Part shown: positions 38,934 through 50,338 of the stretch, piece by piece
Layout: every line of letters begins with the position of its first letter
Position numbering within the stretch: the first letter of the stretch is position 1
Origin: an uncultured archaeon
Lineage (GTDB): Archaea; Thermoproteota; Nitrososphaeria; Nitrososphaerales; Gagatemarchaeaceae
Assembly: GCA_963799775.1 (NCBI GenBank)
Contig: CAWCYD010000003.1
Span: forward strand, 384,001 to 448,000
DNA length: 64,000 nucleotides
Reading direction: 5' to 3'
The notes under the pieces: generated by a model
The model's database searches: none
What the model saw: only the letters and a program-made list of their open reading frames with translations
Told to the model about the DNA's origin: nothing
Position numbers and translations under genes: made by a program

Positions 38934-40452
38934 ATGAGAATCCTGAGGAAGGAGTCCTCCAACATCCTGGTGGTAGCCTCTCCCAACGAGAACGTGAGGA
39001 TGGGGGACTATCTCCTTGTCTCTGACAAGGACGAGCGTAGCCTGATCCTCCAGATATACGACGAGAACTACCTCGACGTTGGCGGGATAGAGGAAGAGGT
39101 GGCCAGAGAGGAGGTGCCTCTTCGCCTCGACACAGGGGTTGACCGAGGACCCGGCTGACGTCGCTACCATCTCGAAGGAGATACGAGACATGAGGCTCTT
39201 GCAATGCAAAGCCAGGGGCAGCATAGAGCACGGCCGCTACAGCCCGAGGAACGACTGGATACCTTCTCGCACGGTCTCCAAGGTGACGAAGCTCAGCGTC
39301 AACGAGCTCCTTGACCTCGTCGGAAGGCCCGGGGAGAGGTTCATCAAGATCGGCAGGACGGGGAGCAGGTCTCACCAGTTCTCCATCCCGGCGGAGGCCT
39401 TGGACGGCCGGGTCACGATCATCACAGGTCGGAAGGAGTCGGGCAAGTCCCACCTCGCCAAGATGATGGTCAGGGGGCTTGTCTCCCAGGGCGCGTACTG
39501 CATAGTCTTCGACCTCAACGACGAATACGGCAGTATCGGGCTCAGGGCGGACGGCAGCGCCACGGACATCGCCACGAAGATAGAGGTCCGAAGACCTGGG
39601 CGGAACCTGAAGTTCTCCCTGGCGGGGGCGGGGCTTAGGGCGATCACATCGCTCCTCCAGCACTCCCTCGACATGACAGGAACCTCGGTCAGAGAATTCA
39701 TCAGGATATGGGATGCCATGGAGGCGAAGCACGAGATAGGACTAACCTCCTTGGGCAACTACATCCAGTCGTGGCGATGCAACGAGTTCGTCCGTGACGC
39801 GCTCTACACCAGGTTCCACACCCTCGCCAACTCCGGGATCTTCTACGAGGGGAAGACGGGCGACCCCGACACGAGAGAGGACGACGCTCTTGAGACCTTC
39901 TTCGAGACCCATCCCGAAGGCGGGGCGCTCGTCATCTCCCTGACCCGCACGTCGCCCCTCAACAGGCGGATGACAGTGGAGCTCATCCTCTCGAAGCTGG
40001 TCGAGCTCCTGGAGCACAGGAAGGTCCCGCCTGTCTTCCTCCTCTCGGAGGAGGCGCACCTCTACCTCCGCGACACGTACTGGGAGGATCTCATCACAAG
40101 GATGAGGCACTTCGGCGTCTTCGCGACCTTCGTGACCAACCAGCCCGACGCCATAAAGCACGAGATATACAGGCAGGCAGACAACATCTTCCTCTACAAC
40201 TTCTCGAACGACTCGGACCTCTCGTTGGTCTCGCAGGCCTCCATGGTCGACACCGACACTGTGAAGTCGATCGTCCGGACACTCCCGCCAAGGATGTGCC
40301 TGGCTCTCGGGCACGCCGTCAGCAACCTGCCGATTCTCGTGACCGTGGACCCGTTCGACTCGCCGCCAACAGGCCTCACTCGGCTCTTCTTCCAGAAGGA
40401 GGCGGACGCCATGAACGTTGCAGTCCGGAGGAACAGGAGCGGGGAACAATGA
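38934..40452 (+). CDS. herA: HerA/FtsK-family ATPase, frameshift ~39136
   Basis: Walker A GRKESGKS, VFDLNDEY, Walker B LSEEAH, RMRHFG...TNQP. Confidence 0.82.
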
Positions 40453-40733
40453 CGGAGACAGGACAAGCCTCCGTCTCCATCCGGGAAAGTGAGGCGTCAG
40501 CAGCGAATCCTGCTCCCAAGCAGGCCTCATGCGCCCACTGTCTGCGGAGGCTTGGAGCGGAGTACTACTTCACATGTCGCAGATGCGACTCGTCCTACTG
40601 CTACATCCACATGTCGCGGCACGAGCGAACGCCTTGCGGGCGAAGGTTCACGAAGGTCCGGCTGCGAGAGCAGCAGCGAATTCCCATGCTGGTTGGCTCC
40701 GGACAGGCTTCCTCCTCTTCGGCAAATGTTTAA
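40449..40733 (+). CDS. Small zinc-finger protein (AN1-like)
   Basis: CAHC...CRRC...YCYIH...H...C. Confidence 0.55.
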   Translation: MTETGQASVSIRESEASAANPAPKQASCAHCLRRLGAEYYFTCRRCDSSYCYIHMSRHERTPCGRRFTKVRLREQQRIPMLVGSGQASSSSANV

Positions 40734-40759
40734 TACTTATTCACACTCTTTTGCTCGAC

Positions 40760-41467
40760 ATGGAGTCGTCTCGGCAAGAGTCGATAGCGAAGATCGGCGG
40801 GGAGGTAATCGCGAGCGAGGAGCCGGGCAAGGCTCTAAAGTCCTGGAGAGAGAAGCTCGGGATAAGGCAGATCAACCTTGCTAGGCAGCTGAAGCTCTCG
40901 CCTTCGGTCCTCAGCGACTATGAGAGCGGAAGGAGGCCGTCTCCGGGAGTGCTCTTCGTGAGGAAATACGTGGAGGCGATGGTGACCCTCGACGAGTCGC
41001 AAGGCAGGGTGGCGTCGAGGTTGCTCTCTAGGGAGGACAGCAGCGCGATCCTGGCGATAAAAGAGTTCGTCGAGCCCATCAACGCGGTCGACCTGCTTCA
41101 CAGGGTGAAGGGCAAGGTGCTCTCCGGGCACCCGAGCAAGCTCCACCTCTACGGATACACGGTGGTGGACAGCATAAAGACGATCTACGCCCTCTCGGGC
41201 TACGACTTTTACCGCATCTTCGGGGCGACCACTGAGCGAGCGATCATCTTCACCAAGGTGGGCATGGGCAGGAGCCCGCTCGTCGCGATCCGGGTCTCGC
41301 AGCTCAAACCGCGCGTGGTGGTGGTGCACGGTCCGGAGCACCTCGACCCCCTGGCGGTCGACCTCGCGAAGAAGGAGGGTCTAGTCCTTGCGCTCTCTCA
41401 TAGCGCCGACGAGGCCGACATTATCTCCTCTCTCTCCACGCTGGGTCGTGAGCGCGGCAAGCCCTAG
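40760..41467 (+). CDS. XRE-family HTH transcriptional regulator
   Basis: LKSWREKLGIRQINLARQLKLSPSVLSDYESGRR; FTKVGMGRSPLVAIRV. Confidence 0.85.
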   Translation: MESSRQESIAKIGGEVIASEEPGKALKSWREKLGIRQINLARQLKLSPSVLSDYESGRRPSPGVLFVRKYVEAMVTLDESQGRVASRLLSREDSSAILAIKEFVEPINAVDLLHRVKGKVLSGHPSKLHLYGYTVVDSIKTIYALSGYDFYRIFGATTERAIIFTKVGMGRSPLVAIRVSQLKPRVVVVHGPEHLDPLAVDLAKKEGLVLALSHSADEADIISSLSTLGRERGKP

Positions 41468-41540
41468 CGCTCTCGTTCAACAGGGGCCCAAGGAACCTTT
41501 TTAGCACGTCCCGGGTCGTGTTCGGAAAGCCGGCTTTCTC

Positions 41541-42361
41541 TTGGAGCAGCTCACCCTACTCTCCTCTCTAGTCGACCTTGTCATCGTGGTGGCGTTCGCC
41601 CTCGTCGCCATCCGCTTGAGGGCTATAGACAGGCGCGGGTTCCTGGCAAGCGTCGCCGTCGGCTATCCCATCCTTCTTGGAGGGGGTGCGCTGCCTGGTT
41701 CGTTATCGTCGCCACGTTCTTCGTCCTGGGGGTGGCGTTCACGTGGTATCGATACGAGTACAAGAAGAGCCTCGGCAGTGCGCAGGAGAAGGGCGGGACC
41801 AGGAACTGGCCGAACATACTCGCGAACGGAGGCGTCGCCTCTCTGCTGGGGCTGGGGGAACTCCTTGGAGGCGGGCTTCTCTTCTCGGTGCTCTATCTCG
41901 GGGCCGTCGCTGCGGCTACCAGCGACACGGTCGCGACCGAACTGGGGCTCCTCAACAAGTCTCCGCCCCGGCTCATCATCGCCCCGAACAGGACTGTCTC
42001 TCCAGGGACTTCGGGAGGGGTGAGTGCGATGGGGTTCGCAGGGACCTTGCTCGCAGGCGGGCTAATAGGGGTCGTGGCCGCGATACTCGGCGTCGCGCAC
42101 GGCCTCTCCCCGGCCTACGTGCTGGGGGTCTCGGTCGCCGGCGGGCTCGTCGGCTCGGTCGCAGACAGCGTTGCCGGCGCCACCATCCAGAGGAAGAGCT
42201 TCTGCGTGGTCTGCGGGAAGCCTTCGGAGAACCTTGTCCATTGCGGCGAGCCTACAAGGTACTCGTCAGGACTGCGCTTCGTGGACAACCATGTCGTAAA
42301 CGTCCTCGCGACCATCTTCGGATCGCTGGGCTCGCTGGCGCTCTTCCTTCTTATCAGATGA
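41541..42361 (+). CDS. DUF92/TMEM19 membrane protein, frameshift ~41690
   Basis: RNWPNILANG, SDTVATELG, PGTSGGVSAMG, DNHVVN. Confidence 0.82.
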
Positions 42362-42370
42362 GCGTGCGGC

Positions 42371-43835
42371 TCACCGGAGATGGCTGCGGAGCCAGTCTCC
42401 GAGCTCGTCCTTCTTGACCTTGTCCTGCGACCTGTCGTCCCTGTGCCTCACGGTCACCAGGCCTTCGGTGATGGTCTCGCGGTCGACCGTGATGCAAAAG
42501 GGGACGCCCGCCTCGTCCGCTCTGGCGTACCTCCTCCCAATCGAGCCGGACTCGTCGTAGAAGAGGTCGTACTCGCCACGCAGGGCGTCATAGAGGCGTC
42601 TCGCTTCCACATCCAGCCCGTCCTTGGAGACCAACGGGAAGACGCCCGCCTGAACTGGAGAGATCCCGGGCCTGAGCGAGAGGTATAGCCTCTGGCCTCC
42701 CTTCCCGTCGTCCTCGGACCTGTAGGCCTTCTCGAGGATGACGTACAGGCTCCTGTCCACGCCCATCGAGAGCTCGAAGATGTGCGGCAGGACCTTCTTG
42801 CCCCTGTCCTCGACGGTGTAGTCGGTCCCGCTCACCTCCGCGTGCCTCTTGAGGTCGTAGTCAGACCTGTAGTTGCAGGCGACGAGTTCCAGCCAGCCGA
42901 CGGACGTCCTGACCTCGAGGTCGAAGGCCACCTTCGAGTAGAATGCCTTCTCGACGTCGGTCAAGGTTCCTCAGCCTGATGTCGCCCTTTGGGAGGCCGA
43001 CTGCCTCCTCGTAAAAGGACTGGATCAGGTAGAGGTAGTAGCCGATGAGCTTGTTCGGGACCGCCCCTGCCGTGATCGCGTCTTCCACTTTCGTCGCCAC
43101 AGGCTCCTCGTCTCCCTTTGAGATCGAGAGCTCGAATCCCGTTGCCACGTCGAACTTCGGGAGCGAGACGTTCTCGGGGTCGAAGCACACCTCGACCTCC
43201 GCCTGGTATATCTCCCGCACGCGCAGGATCCCCTGCCTCGGCGCTATCTCGTTCCTGAAACTCTTGCCCACCTGAGCGAAGCCCTGCGGCAGCTTCGCGC
43301 GTTGCGTCTTGAACAGGTATGGGATGTCGGCGAATATGCCCTGGCACGTCTCAGGCCTGAGGTACGCCTCCTCTCCCTGCGGGCCTATCCCGAGCTTGAA
43401 CATCATGTTGAACCTCTTGGTCCCTGTCAGTTCCGCCTTGCACTTTGCGCAGCGTATCCCCTCCTCCTTCAGCATCTCGTCGTACCTCTCGTCGGGCAGG
43501 TTCTCGGGCGTCGGGTGACCGACCTTCTCCTCGATCAGCTTGTCGGGCCTGTAGAGGGAGTGGCAGTTGGCGCAGACGACGATGGGGTCTGTGAAGTTGG
43601 ACAGGTGGCCCGAGGCGACGAAGACCGCGGCCGGCATGATCTGGGCGGCGTCTATCTCTATCATCTCGTCTCTCTTCACGAGGTGCTTCCTCCACAGCTC
43701 GACATACCTGTTCTTCAGGCCCACTCCCAGGGGGCCGTAGTCCCAGAATCCTGCGGGGGTGTTGGGATAGGCCTCGGCAGACCTGATCAGGTAGCCCCTC
43801 CTCTGGGCGACGTTCATGACGTCCTCGTACTTCAT
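42371..43835 (-). CDS. glyS: Glycine--tRNA ligase, frameshift ~42965
   Basis: GFWDYGPLG, YLRPETCQG, GKSFRNEIAPRQG, GSIGRRYARADEAG. Confidence 0.93.
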
Positions 43836-43910
43836 CTGGACGAGGCCCAGTTCTCGGACAGACCGTATTTTAGGAGTTGCTGGAAAGACGGGTTGAGCAC
43901 CCGAGGGCCC

Positions 43911-44135
43911 CTAGATTGCCTTGATCTGCTTGACGACGCTGGGCCTGACTTTCCTGAAGACCCTGTACCCGCAGATGCACTTCACCTCGGGAAGGGAGGA
44001 GAGCTCCTCTTGGGTGGTCCTCGTCCCGCATCTGACGCATTCGTACACTGCACCCGGGAATACCTTGACCGGCGGTTCACCGGCGGGTGGAGTTGTTAGC
44101 TTCTCGCCCGAATCTGGCGATTGTGATTCAGACAT
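43911..44135 (-). CDS. rpoP: RNA polymerase subunit P (Rpo12)
   Basis: YECVRCG...KCICGYRVFRKVR. Confidence 0.85.
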   Translation of the reverse strand: MSESQSPDSGEKLTTPPAGEPPVKVFPGAVYECVRCGTRTTQEELSSLPEVKCICGYRVFRKVRPSVVKQIKAI

Positions 44136-44239
44136 CTCTCTTTTGACGCGAAGAGCGGGCGTATTTCTACGTTGCCCCTCGAAACGCCGCCCAAACCCAT
44201 GAGAACGGTTAAATTTCGCTCATTCGACCCTGCTATTGC

Positions 44240-44521
44240 ATGACAAACGACAGGGCCTTGGGAGGCGCGATCTTGATTGGCAGCATCCTGGGGATAATCG
44301 TCTATGGTGTGCTCCTTTACTTCTGGGCAACCATCATTCTTGAGATCACCGCTTTCCTAGGCGTGGTAGTCCTCCTGGGCATCCTGGGCTGGATAGGCTG
44401 GACCATGGCGACGACACCGCCTCCTGAGCCGATGCCAGAGATGACCGGAGCGACCGGCCAGACTCCGGCTGCACCTACGGCCCCGACGACGGGAACGTCC
44501 GAGAAAAAGCCTCCGAGCTAG
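44240..44521 (+). CDS. Small 2-TM membrane protein
   Basis: ILGWIGWTMATTPPP motif typical of a conserved archaeal small membrane family. Confidence 0.7.
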   Translation: MTNDRALGGAILIGSILGIIVYGVLLYFWATIILEITAFLGVVVLLGILGWIGWTMATTPPPEPMPEMTGATGQTPAAPTAPTTGTSEKKPPS

Positions 44522-44540
44522 GGAACAGGGCTTTCGGTGC

Positions 44541-45285
44541 CTAGTACTTCCTGAACCGGATGCTAAGCACCCCTACGAAGAATCCCCACATCTCACCGGC
44601 GCCCATCTTCGAGGCGCCCTTCGCCCTCTCCTCGAACGTGAAGGGGAACCTCCGTCATCTTGAAGCCGTGCTTCTTCAACACATACAAGGACTCAACCTG
44701 GAAGATGAAGCCGCTCGACCTTGGTGGGTGAGCAAGGAGGCACTCGACGGCGGCCTTGTCCAGGGCCTTGAACCCGGTCGTCGTGTCCTTCACCTGCAGA
44801 CCGAGGATGGTCCGCGAGATCCAGCTGGCGCCCCTGCTTATGGCCCTCCTCCTCCAGTTGAGCCCCTTGAAGCTCCCGCCCCTGACGTGTCTGGATGCTA
44901 TCGCGACGTCGACCGCGCCCGAAGCAACATTCTCGACGAGGGAAGGAAGTATCTCGGGTGGGTGCTGCAAGTCGGCGTCCATCTGGACGACGATGTCGGG
45001 GTCCTGAGCGTCGATGACCATCCGGAAACCGTCCAAGTAGGCCGTCCCAAGGCCCTTCTTGCCCTCCCTCTCGAGGAGACGGAAAGCCGGGTCGGCCTCG
45101 GCGATAGCGCGGATCTCGCTCCCCGTCCCGTCCGGGCTGTTGTCGTCGACGAAGAGCACCGCCAGGCGCCCTGCCATGCTCTCGAGGATGGGGTCCAGCC
45201 TCCTCTTGAACTCCCGTATGTTCTCCCTCTCGTTGAAAGTGGGGACCACCAAGGCGACGCGAGGCATGGTCGTCGTGGACGCCAT
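44541..45285 (-). CDS. Polyprenol-phosphate mannosyltransferase (GT2, Dpm1-like), frameshift ~44645
   Basis: VPTFNEREN, VDDNSPDGT, QMDADLQHPP, KDTTTGFK. Confidence 0.88.
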
Positions 45286-45315
45286 GCGGCTATCACTCTC
45301 AGCGCTCGCTTCCGC

Positions 45316-46423
45316 TCAACTCTTGACGGCCTTCTCGAACTCTTCAGCTATGTAGCTGATCTCGGACTCTTTCACTCCCGGGTGGACGGGCAAGGAGAGC
45401 ACGTGCGCGGCAGCGGAGACCGCCATGGGCACCTTCAGGCCGGCGTACCCCAGCCTACTATACAGCGGCATCCTGTTGACCGGCGTCTCCCAGTAGGCCG
45501 CGGCTCCGATGCCCCTGGCCCTGAGCTGCTGCAAGACTACGTCTCGCCGCCTCGAGAGGAATACCGTGTAGAGATACCAGACGTGCTTCCTATCGTTCGA
45601 CCGCTGCCGCAGCTCGACCCCCTTGATCTTCGACACCGTCTCTGAGAGGGCCTTCGCGTTCTTGCGCCGAGCGCGGATGTACCCCTCGAGCCTGTCCATC
45701 TGGACCGAGGCGATGGCTGCCGCGATCTCTGGTAACCGGTAGTTGAACCCGATGGGCCCTCGTGTCATACCCCTCTTGCATCCCGTGGTTTCTGACGAGC
45801 CTCACCTTCTCGGCGAACTCGTCGTCGTCGGTGGTGATGGCCCCTCCTTCGCCTGACGTGATCACCTTCGTCGCGTACAGGCTGAAACAGCCTGCCTGGT
45901 CGGTCTTTCCGGCTGGCTTCCCGTGGTACTCGGCCCCAAGCGACTCTGCGGCGTCCTCGACGACCTTGACCGACGCCTTGTCGGCAACCTCCCTTATCTC
46001 GTCTCTATCTGCCGGATATCCGTAGACGTCGACAGGTATCACCACCTTGGTCTTCCTTGTGATCTTCTTTCGGACGTCGTCAGGGTCGATGTTGTAGTCC
46101 GCCTTGATGTCTGCGAAGACGGGCTTCGCCCCGCACGCCAGGACCACGTTGGCCGTGGCCTCGAAAGTGAAGGCGGGAACTATCACCTCGTCTCCGGGGC
46201 CCACGCCATAGGCGACCAGCGACGTGTGAAGGGCAGCCGTCCCCGAGTTGACCGCGACCGCGTGCTTGGTCCCTACCTTCTTTCTGAGCTTCGACTCGAA
46301 CTCTCTGACGTACTTTCCGCCCTCGAAGCTCGCGTTCGTGAGTATCCCGCTGTCCAGAACGGCCATGACGGCCTCCTTCTCCTCCCTTCCGAGGAGAGGA
46401 ATGTTGATCGGGATGAACTTCAA
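45316..46423 (-). CDS. DegT/DnrJ/EryC1/StrS sugar aminotransferase, frameshift ~45757
   Basis: NSGTAALH, EDAAESLG, FSLYATKVITSGEGG. Confidence 0.9.
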
Positions 46424-46430
46424 TCGCTGC

Positions 46431-47525
46431 TCACCTGGCCGGCACCGGCTTGCCCTCCTCACGGAGGATCGCGGTCACCTCTCCGAACATCTTCGTCCCC
46501 TCGAAACTCTCCCTGAAAGGAGCGACCATCTTCTCGAGGCTCGTGGCGACCCCCTTCTTGAGGTCGGTCGGATGCAGCTTGCCGGAGACGTACGAGCCCT
46601 CCAGCTCTTGGTAGCTTCGGAACGATACGTTGCCTCCATATTTCTCGGGCCTCTCCACGTCGAGGTGGTCCGTCTCGTGGAAGACGAGGTACCGCGCGTA
46701 CTCGAGCACGGGGTTGCCGTCCACCTGCCTCTCAGGACACCAAGCCTTGCTCAACTTCCTCGAGATCTCCTCCTGGCTGTCGTGGAGGAATATCCCCGAG
46801 TCAGGCTTTGACTTGCTCATCTTGCTCGAGACCATCTTGTCGGACTCTTCGTCCTCGTCGATTCCCTTGGCCACCGGCTTTTCGAGCCCGCCGAGAAGAT
46901 GGTGATGCACTGCGACGGGCAGCTTCCATTTCAGCGAAGGAAAGACCTCCCTGACAAGGACGTGTATCTTCCTCTGGTCCATCCCGCTGTGCACGATGTC
47001 CAGGTCCATGGCCTTGATGTCTGTCGCCTGCATGGGCGGATAGATGTACTGGGCCACGTCGAGGCTATCCTTCGTGCTCCTGCCCATTATGGTGAGGCAC
47101 CTGGTGTCTCGGGCCAGGCTGATCTGCTTGGAGAAGCGAAGCATGTCCTTCCAGTACTGGTCGTTCTTCTCGTACAGCTTGCTCCCGAGCTCGAACTCGA
47201 CCCCGGGGGCAAGGAACTCGAACGCCTTCTCGAAGTATCGCGACACCTTCTCTATCTTCTCGAGGTCGCCGCCCATCTTGTTGTTGATGTAGCTGTGCCA
47301 GTCAGCGAGGAAGACCTCGCACCGGATGCCAGCTTTCATGAAATCCTTGAGCTTGAAGCCGATCAGGAAGTATCCGAGGTGAAGCAGTCCGGAGATCTCC
47401 AGACCGATGTAATGCTTCGGATGGGGTTCTCTGCCGAGAAGAGAGACGAGCTCGGGTTCGGTCAGGATCTCTTCGGTCGGTGGTCTCTTGATAAGTGCCA
47501 TCCTCTCTTCAAGTTCCAAGACCAC
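46431..47525 (-). CDS. tyrS: Tyrosine--tRNA ligase
   Basis: YIGLEISGLLHLG, YPPMQATD, GMDQRKIH, KMSKS. Confidence 0.93.
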   Translation of the reverse strand: MVLELEERMALIKRPPTEEILTEPELVSLLGREPHPKHYIGLEISGLLHLGYFLIGFKLKDFMKAGIRCEVFLADWHSYINNKMGGDLEKIEKVSRYFEKAFEFLAPGVEFELGSKLYEKNDQYWKDMLRFSKQISLARDTRCLTIMGRSTKDSLDVAQYIYPPMQATDIKAMDLDIVHSGMDQRKIHVLVREVFPSLKWKLPVAVHHHLLGGLEKPVAKGIDEDEESDKMVSSKMSKSKPDSGIFLHDSQEEISRKLSKAWCPERQVDGNPVLEYARYLVFHETDHLDVERPEKYGGNVSFRSYQELEGSYVSGKLHPTDLKKGVATSLEKMVAPFRESFEGTKMFGEVTAILREEGKPVPAR

Positions 47526-47705
47526 TCACCGGTGTCTCGTTCCCCTCGCCAGTCTCCATTTAAGCGATTCAAGGCTGATCCGGGGAATCAAGGACATTCC
47601 GGGTCGATTCGGACCTTGAGGATGCGGGTCGTCCTTGGTTCGCTGCCTTGTGCCGCTCGACTAAACCTTAAAGGAAAGTTTCTGGCGCGCGGCCGTTGAA
47701 TACTC

Positions 47706-48272
47706 ATGGAGCAGATGGACCAGCTCCGCCGTCCAGAGGAGAAGACCCGCCTCATGTACAGGATCGTCTGCTGGGCTTCTGGTATCACGATACTCGCGAC
47801 CATAATCTACGGGGTCGCGACCTCAGCCATCTACGCCAGCGGAAGCATCCCGGACATCGGGCAGAGCCTGGTCAACATCGACTTCCCCCTTCCCTACTTC
47901 GCAAAGCCTGCCACCTACCTGAGCATCGCGTGCGTCACTTTCTTCTATTCGGGCCTGAGGTTGTGGCAGAACAAGGTCGCCCAATGGTCCCAGGTCCGCT
48001 TGGCCGCGCTTCAGCTGTTCGCCATCGTGATCGCGTTCGCCTCCGCCTATGAAGTGCTCTACAACTTCATGCTCTGGGGGTCGTTCTTCAGCGTCCAGGT
48101 CCTTTACAATAACCTCGCGGCCAACCCGAACTTCCTTTCGAGCCCTGGGCCCACGCCCTGGAACCTTGTCTTCGCGACCAAGATGTTCGCGGCGCTGTTC
48201 GCGATAAGCGGGTACAGCGTCTACTTTCTCAGGAAAGTGCACAGAATCCGCGGTCTGCCGGACGCGCTCTAG
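47706..48272 (+). CDS. Hypothetical membrane protein
   Basis: Four TM segments; YEVLYNFMLW, PWNLVFATK. Confidence 0.65.
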   Translation: MEQMDQLRRPEEKTRLMYRIVCWASGITILATIIYGVATSAIYASGSIPDIGQSLVNIDFPLPYFAKPATYLSIACVTFFYSGLRLWQNKVAQWSQVRLAALQLFAIVIAFASAYEVLYNFMLWGSFFSVQVLYNNLAANPNFLSSPGPTPWNLVFATKMFAALFAISGYSVYFLRKVHRIRGLPDAL

Positions 48273-48643
48273 AGCTTCTTGGCCGCCATGGGCTTTACCT
48301 TGCCCATCGACAGCACAGACAATTCCAGATAGACCGACAATATCGCGAAGACACCGAAGACCACGCCGCTGGTCAACCCCAGAGTGCCAAGAGTCGTACC
48401 TGAGAGTGTCGCCGCCTCATACACCTGATAGAGTGTGAGCGTCAGTCCGAAGAGGGCGCTCGCCCCCGCAAGAGGCCGGGTTATCCAGTTCGTCTCTGCG
48501 GCCAGAAGAAGGACGGCGCTGACTACGAACGCCAAGACGGCGAGGAGCAGCAGAGTAGCTCCCCCGGTGGCGACTATGACCAGCCAGAACGCGCCCTCCA
48601 CAAGGAAGAGGATGGGCACCAACCAGCCGCTGGGAGACCTCAC
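48269..48643 (-). CDS. Hypothetical 4-TM membrane protein
   Basis: Hydrophobic 124-aa ORF filling the gap. Confidence 0.55.
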   Translation of the reverse strand: MRSPSGWLVPILFLVEGAFWLVIVATGGATLLLLAVLAFVVSAVLLLAAETNWITRPLAGASALFGLTLTLYQVYEAATLSGTTLGTLGLTSGVVFGVFAILSVYLELSVLSMGKVKPMAAKKL

Positions 48644-48716
48644 AGAGGCTTCCGAAAAATGTTGAAGTTATAATCGTATCGTTGGGCGGCCAGCCACGGG
48701 AACATTCACCCTCGAC

Positions 48717-50273
48717 GTGGCTTCGACCAAGGGGTTTTTGAGCGCGGGTGATGCAGGACGCCCAGCCGTGCCAGACCTGGCCCAAAAGTCGGAGGCCGAC
48801 AGAGAGATCGCCTTCCAAGCAGGCGTCTCTTCTCGTTCGATACGAGGAATTGTGGATTATGTCAAGAAGCACTACCTCGATTCGAACGTCGAGTCTCTGG
48901 AGAACCGCTCCTACAGGGAGAAGTGGGCTCCAGACAATGGTCGGGCGGAACTCGAGTGGACGTTCTCCCCTTCATCGGCCCATACGGGATTTTCGGTCCA
49001 GCCTTTGCAGGGGAAGAGCGTCCGACTCACGATCAGCACGACCTCTGCCTCGATATCGTTCGGAGGGCTGGAGAAGGGTGACGCGCGGGGGCTGCAGGCC
49101 TGCACCCACGTGGCGGACGACGTCGAGGTCATGATCACGCTCTTCCTTTCCAAATCCAAGACCACCCAGCTCTACTTCATCTTCTCTTCAGAGGCCAAGG
49201 GGAGGGCCCGCGACTCTCCGACCGCCCCCTCCGTGGGCAGGGACGCTCTGAAGAGGCTCCTGAGCGGGAACATGACGAACGTGTACCTGCTCATCATGGC
49301 GCTCAGCTTCGTCTTGTTCTTCGTTCTAGGGGCCCTGGCGATCTTCGCGGTCCTTGCCATACAGCTCCTCGCCCTCTTCTATTCTGACAGGCTCTCGTTG
49401 ATGGTCGGGAAGGTCAAACCGAACTCCGACAGCCCATGGGTGACGATGGTGGGCGTTCCCGTCCCCAACGAGGCGAAGGACCATTTCGCCAAACTCCCGA
49501 GAGGCAAGGTGGAAGAGATCGCCGACCAGCTAGGGACGAGCATCTCGCAGGAGACGCTCGAAGGACCAGGCGCGAGCAAAGCGGTGCAAGAGATGCTCGC
49601 AGCGTCTGGCGTCCCCACCTCGACAGACGAGGTCAAGGTCGTCACCAGGAACGTCTTTGGCCTTGTGAAGGGGGTGGCCGACCGCTTCAGACTCCCGACT
49701 CCCAAGATAACGATAGTCAACAGCGTGGCGGACAACGCAGCTGCGACCGGCATCTCTCCCTCCAGGGCATCAATCACGATCACAGCCGGTTCCCTTGAAG
49801 ACCTGGGAGATCCAGAGCTGTCCGCCGTGATAGGGCACGAGCTCGGCCACATCAAGGGCCGCGACTCGTTGATACTCTTCTCTGCGACCTTCATCCTCTA
49901 TGTCGGAGGCCTCTACCTGTGGTTCCCCCTCCTCCTGGCGTTGGGCATATTCTACTACATCCTCATCTTCGCCATCATCTTCGCCGTGGGGAAGGTGCTC
50001 GAGACGAGGGCGGACACCGAGTCGGCTGTCACCCTTGGGACGCCGGCGGTCCTTGCCTCCGCGCTCTCGACCATAGGCTTTCGGCAGCTCTACGTCGAGA
50101 GATACTCCCATCGCGCTCGGGTCTTCGATTGGTTGAGCTTCGACCCGCATCCACCCATCTACTTCAGGGTCCAGCGGCTCTCCAGGATCGCGGCGAGCGG
50201 CAAGAGCGTGGGTAACACGCTGCTGATCGCGATAAAGGACTGCGCGACCGGCTTCCTCGAGACGCTAACCTGA
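48717..50273 (+). CDS. M48/HtpX-family membrane metalloprotease with long N-terminal extension
   Basis: NAAATG, AVIGHELGH, ETRAD, DPHPP. Confidence 0.85.
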   Translation: MASTKGFLSAGDAGRPAVPDLAQKSEADREIAFQAGVSSRSIRGIVDYVKKHYLDSNVESLENRSYREKWAPDNGRAELEWTFSPSSAHTGFSVQPLQGKSVRLTISTTSASISFGGLEKGDARGLQACTHVADDVEVMITLFLSKSKTTQLYFIFSSEAKGRARDSPTAPSVGRDALKRLLSGNMTNVYLLIMALSFVLFFVLGALAIFAVLAIQLLALFYSDRLSLMVGKVKPNSDSPWVTMVGVPVPNEAKDHFAKLPRGKVEEIADQLGTSISQETLEGPGASKAVQEMLAASGVPTSTDEVKVVTRNVFGLVKGVADRFRLPTPKITIVNSVADNAAATGISPSRASITITAGSLEDLGDPELSAVIGHELGHIKGRDSLILFSATFILYVGGLYLWFPLLLALGIFYYILIFAIIFAVGKVLETRADTESAVTLGTPAVLASALSTIGFRQLYVERYSHRARVFDWLSFDPHPPIYFRVQRLSRIAASGKSVGNTLLIAIKDCATGFLETLT

Positions 50274-50338
50274 TTCGAGCGGACTCCGCTTCATTAACGC
50301 TAAATATCAGACTAGAACAAACCCTGGCTCGTCTCGAA

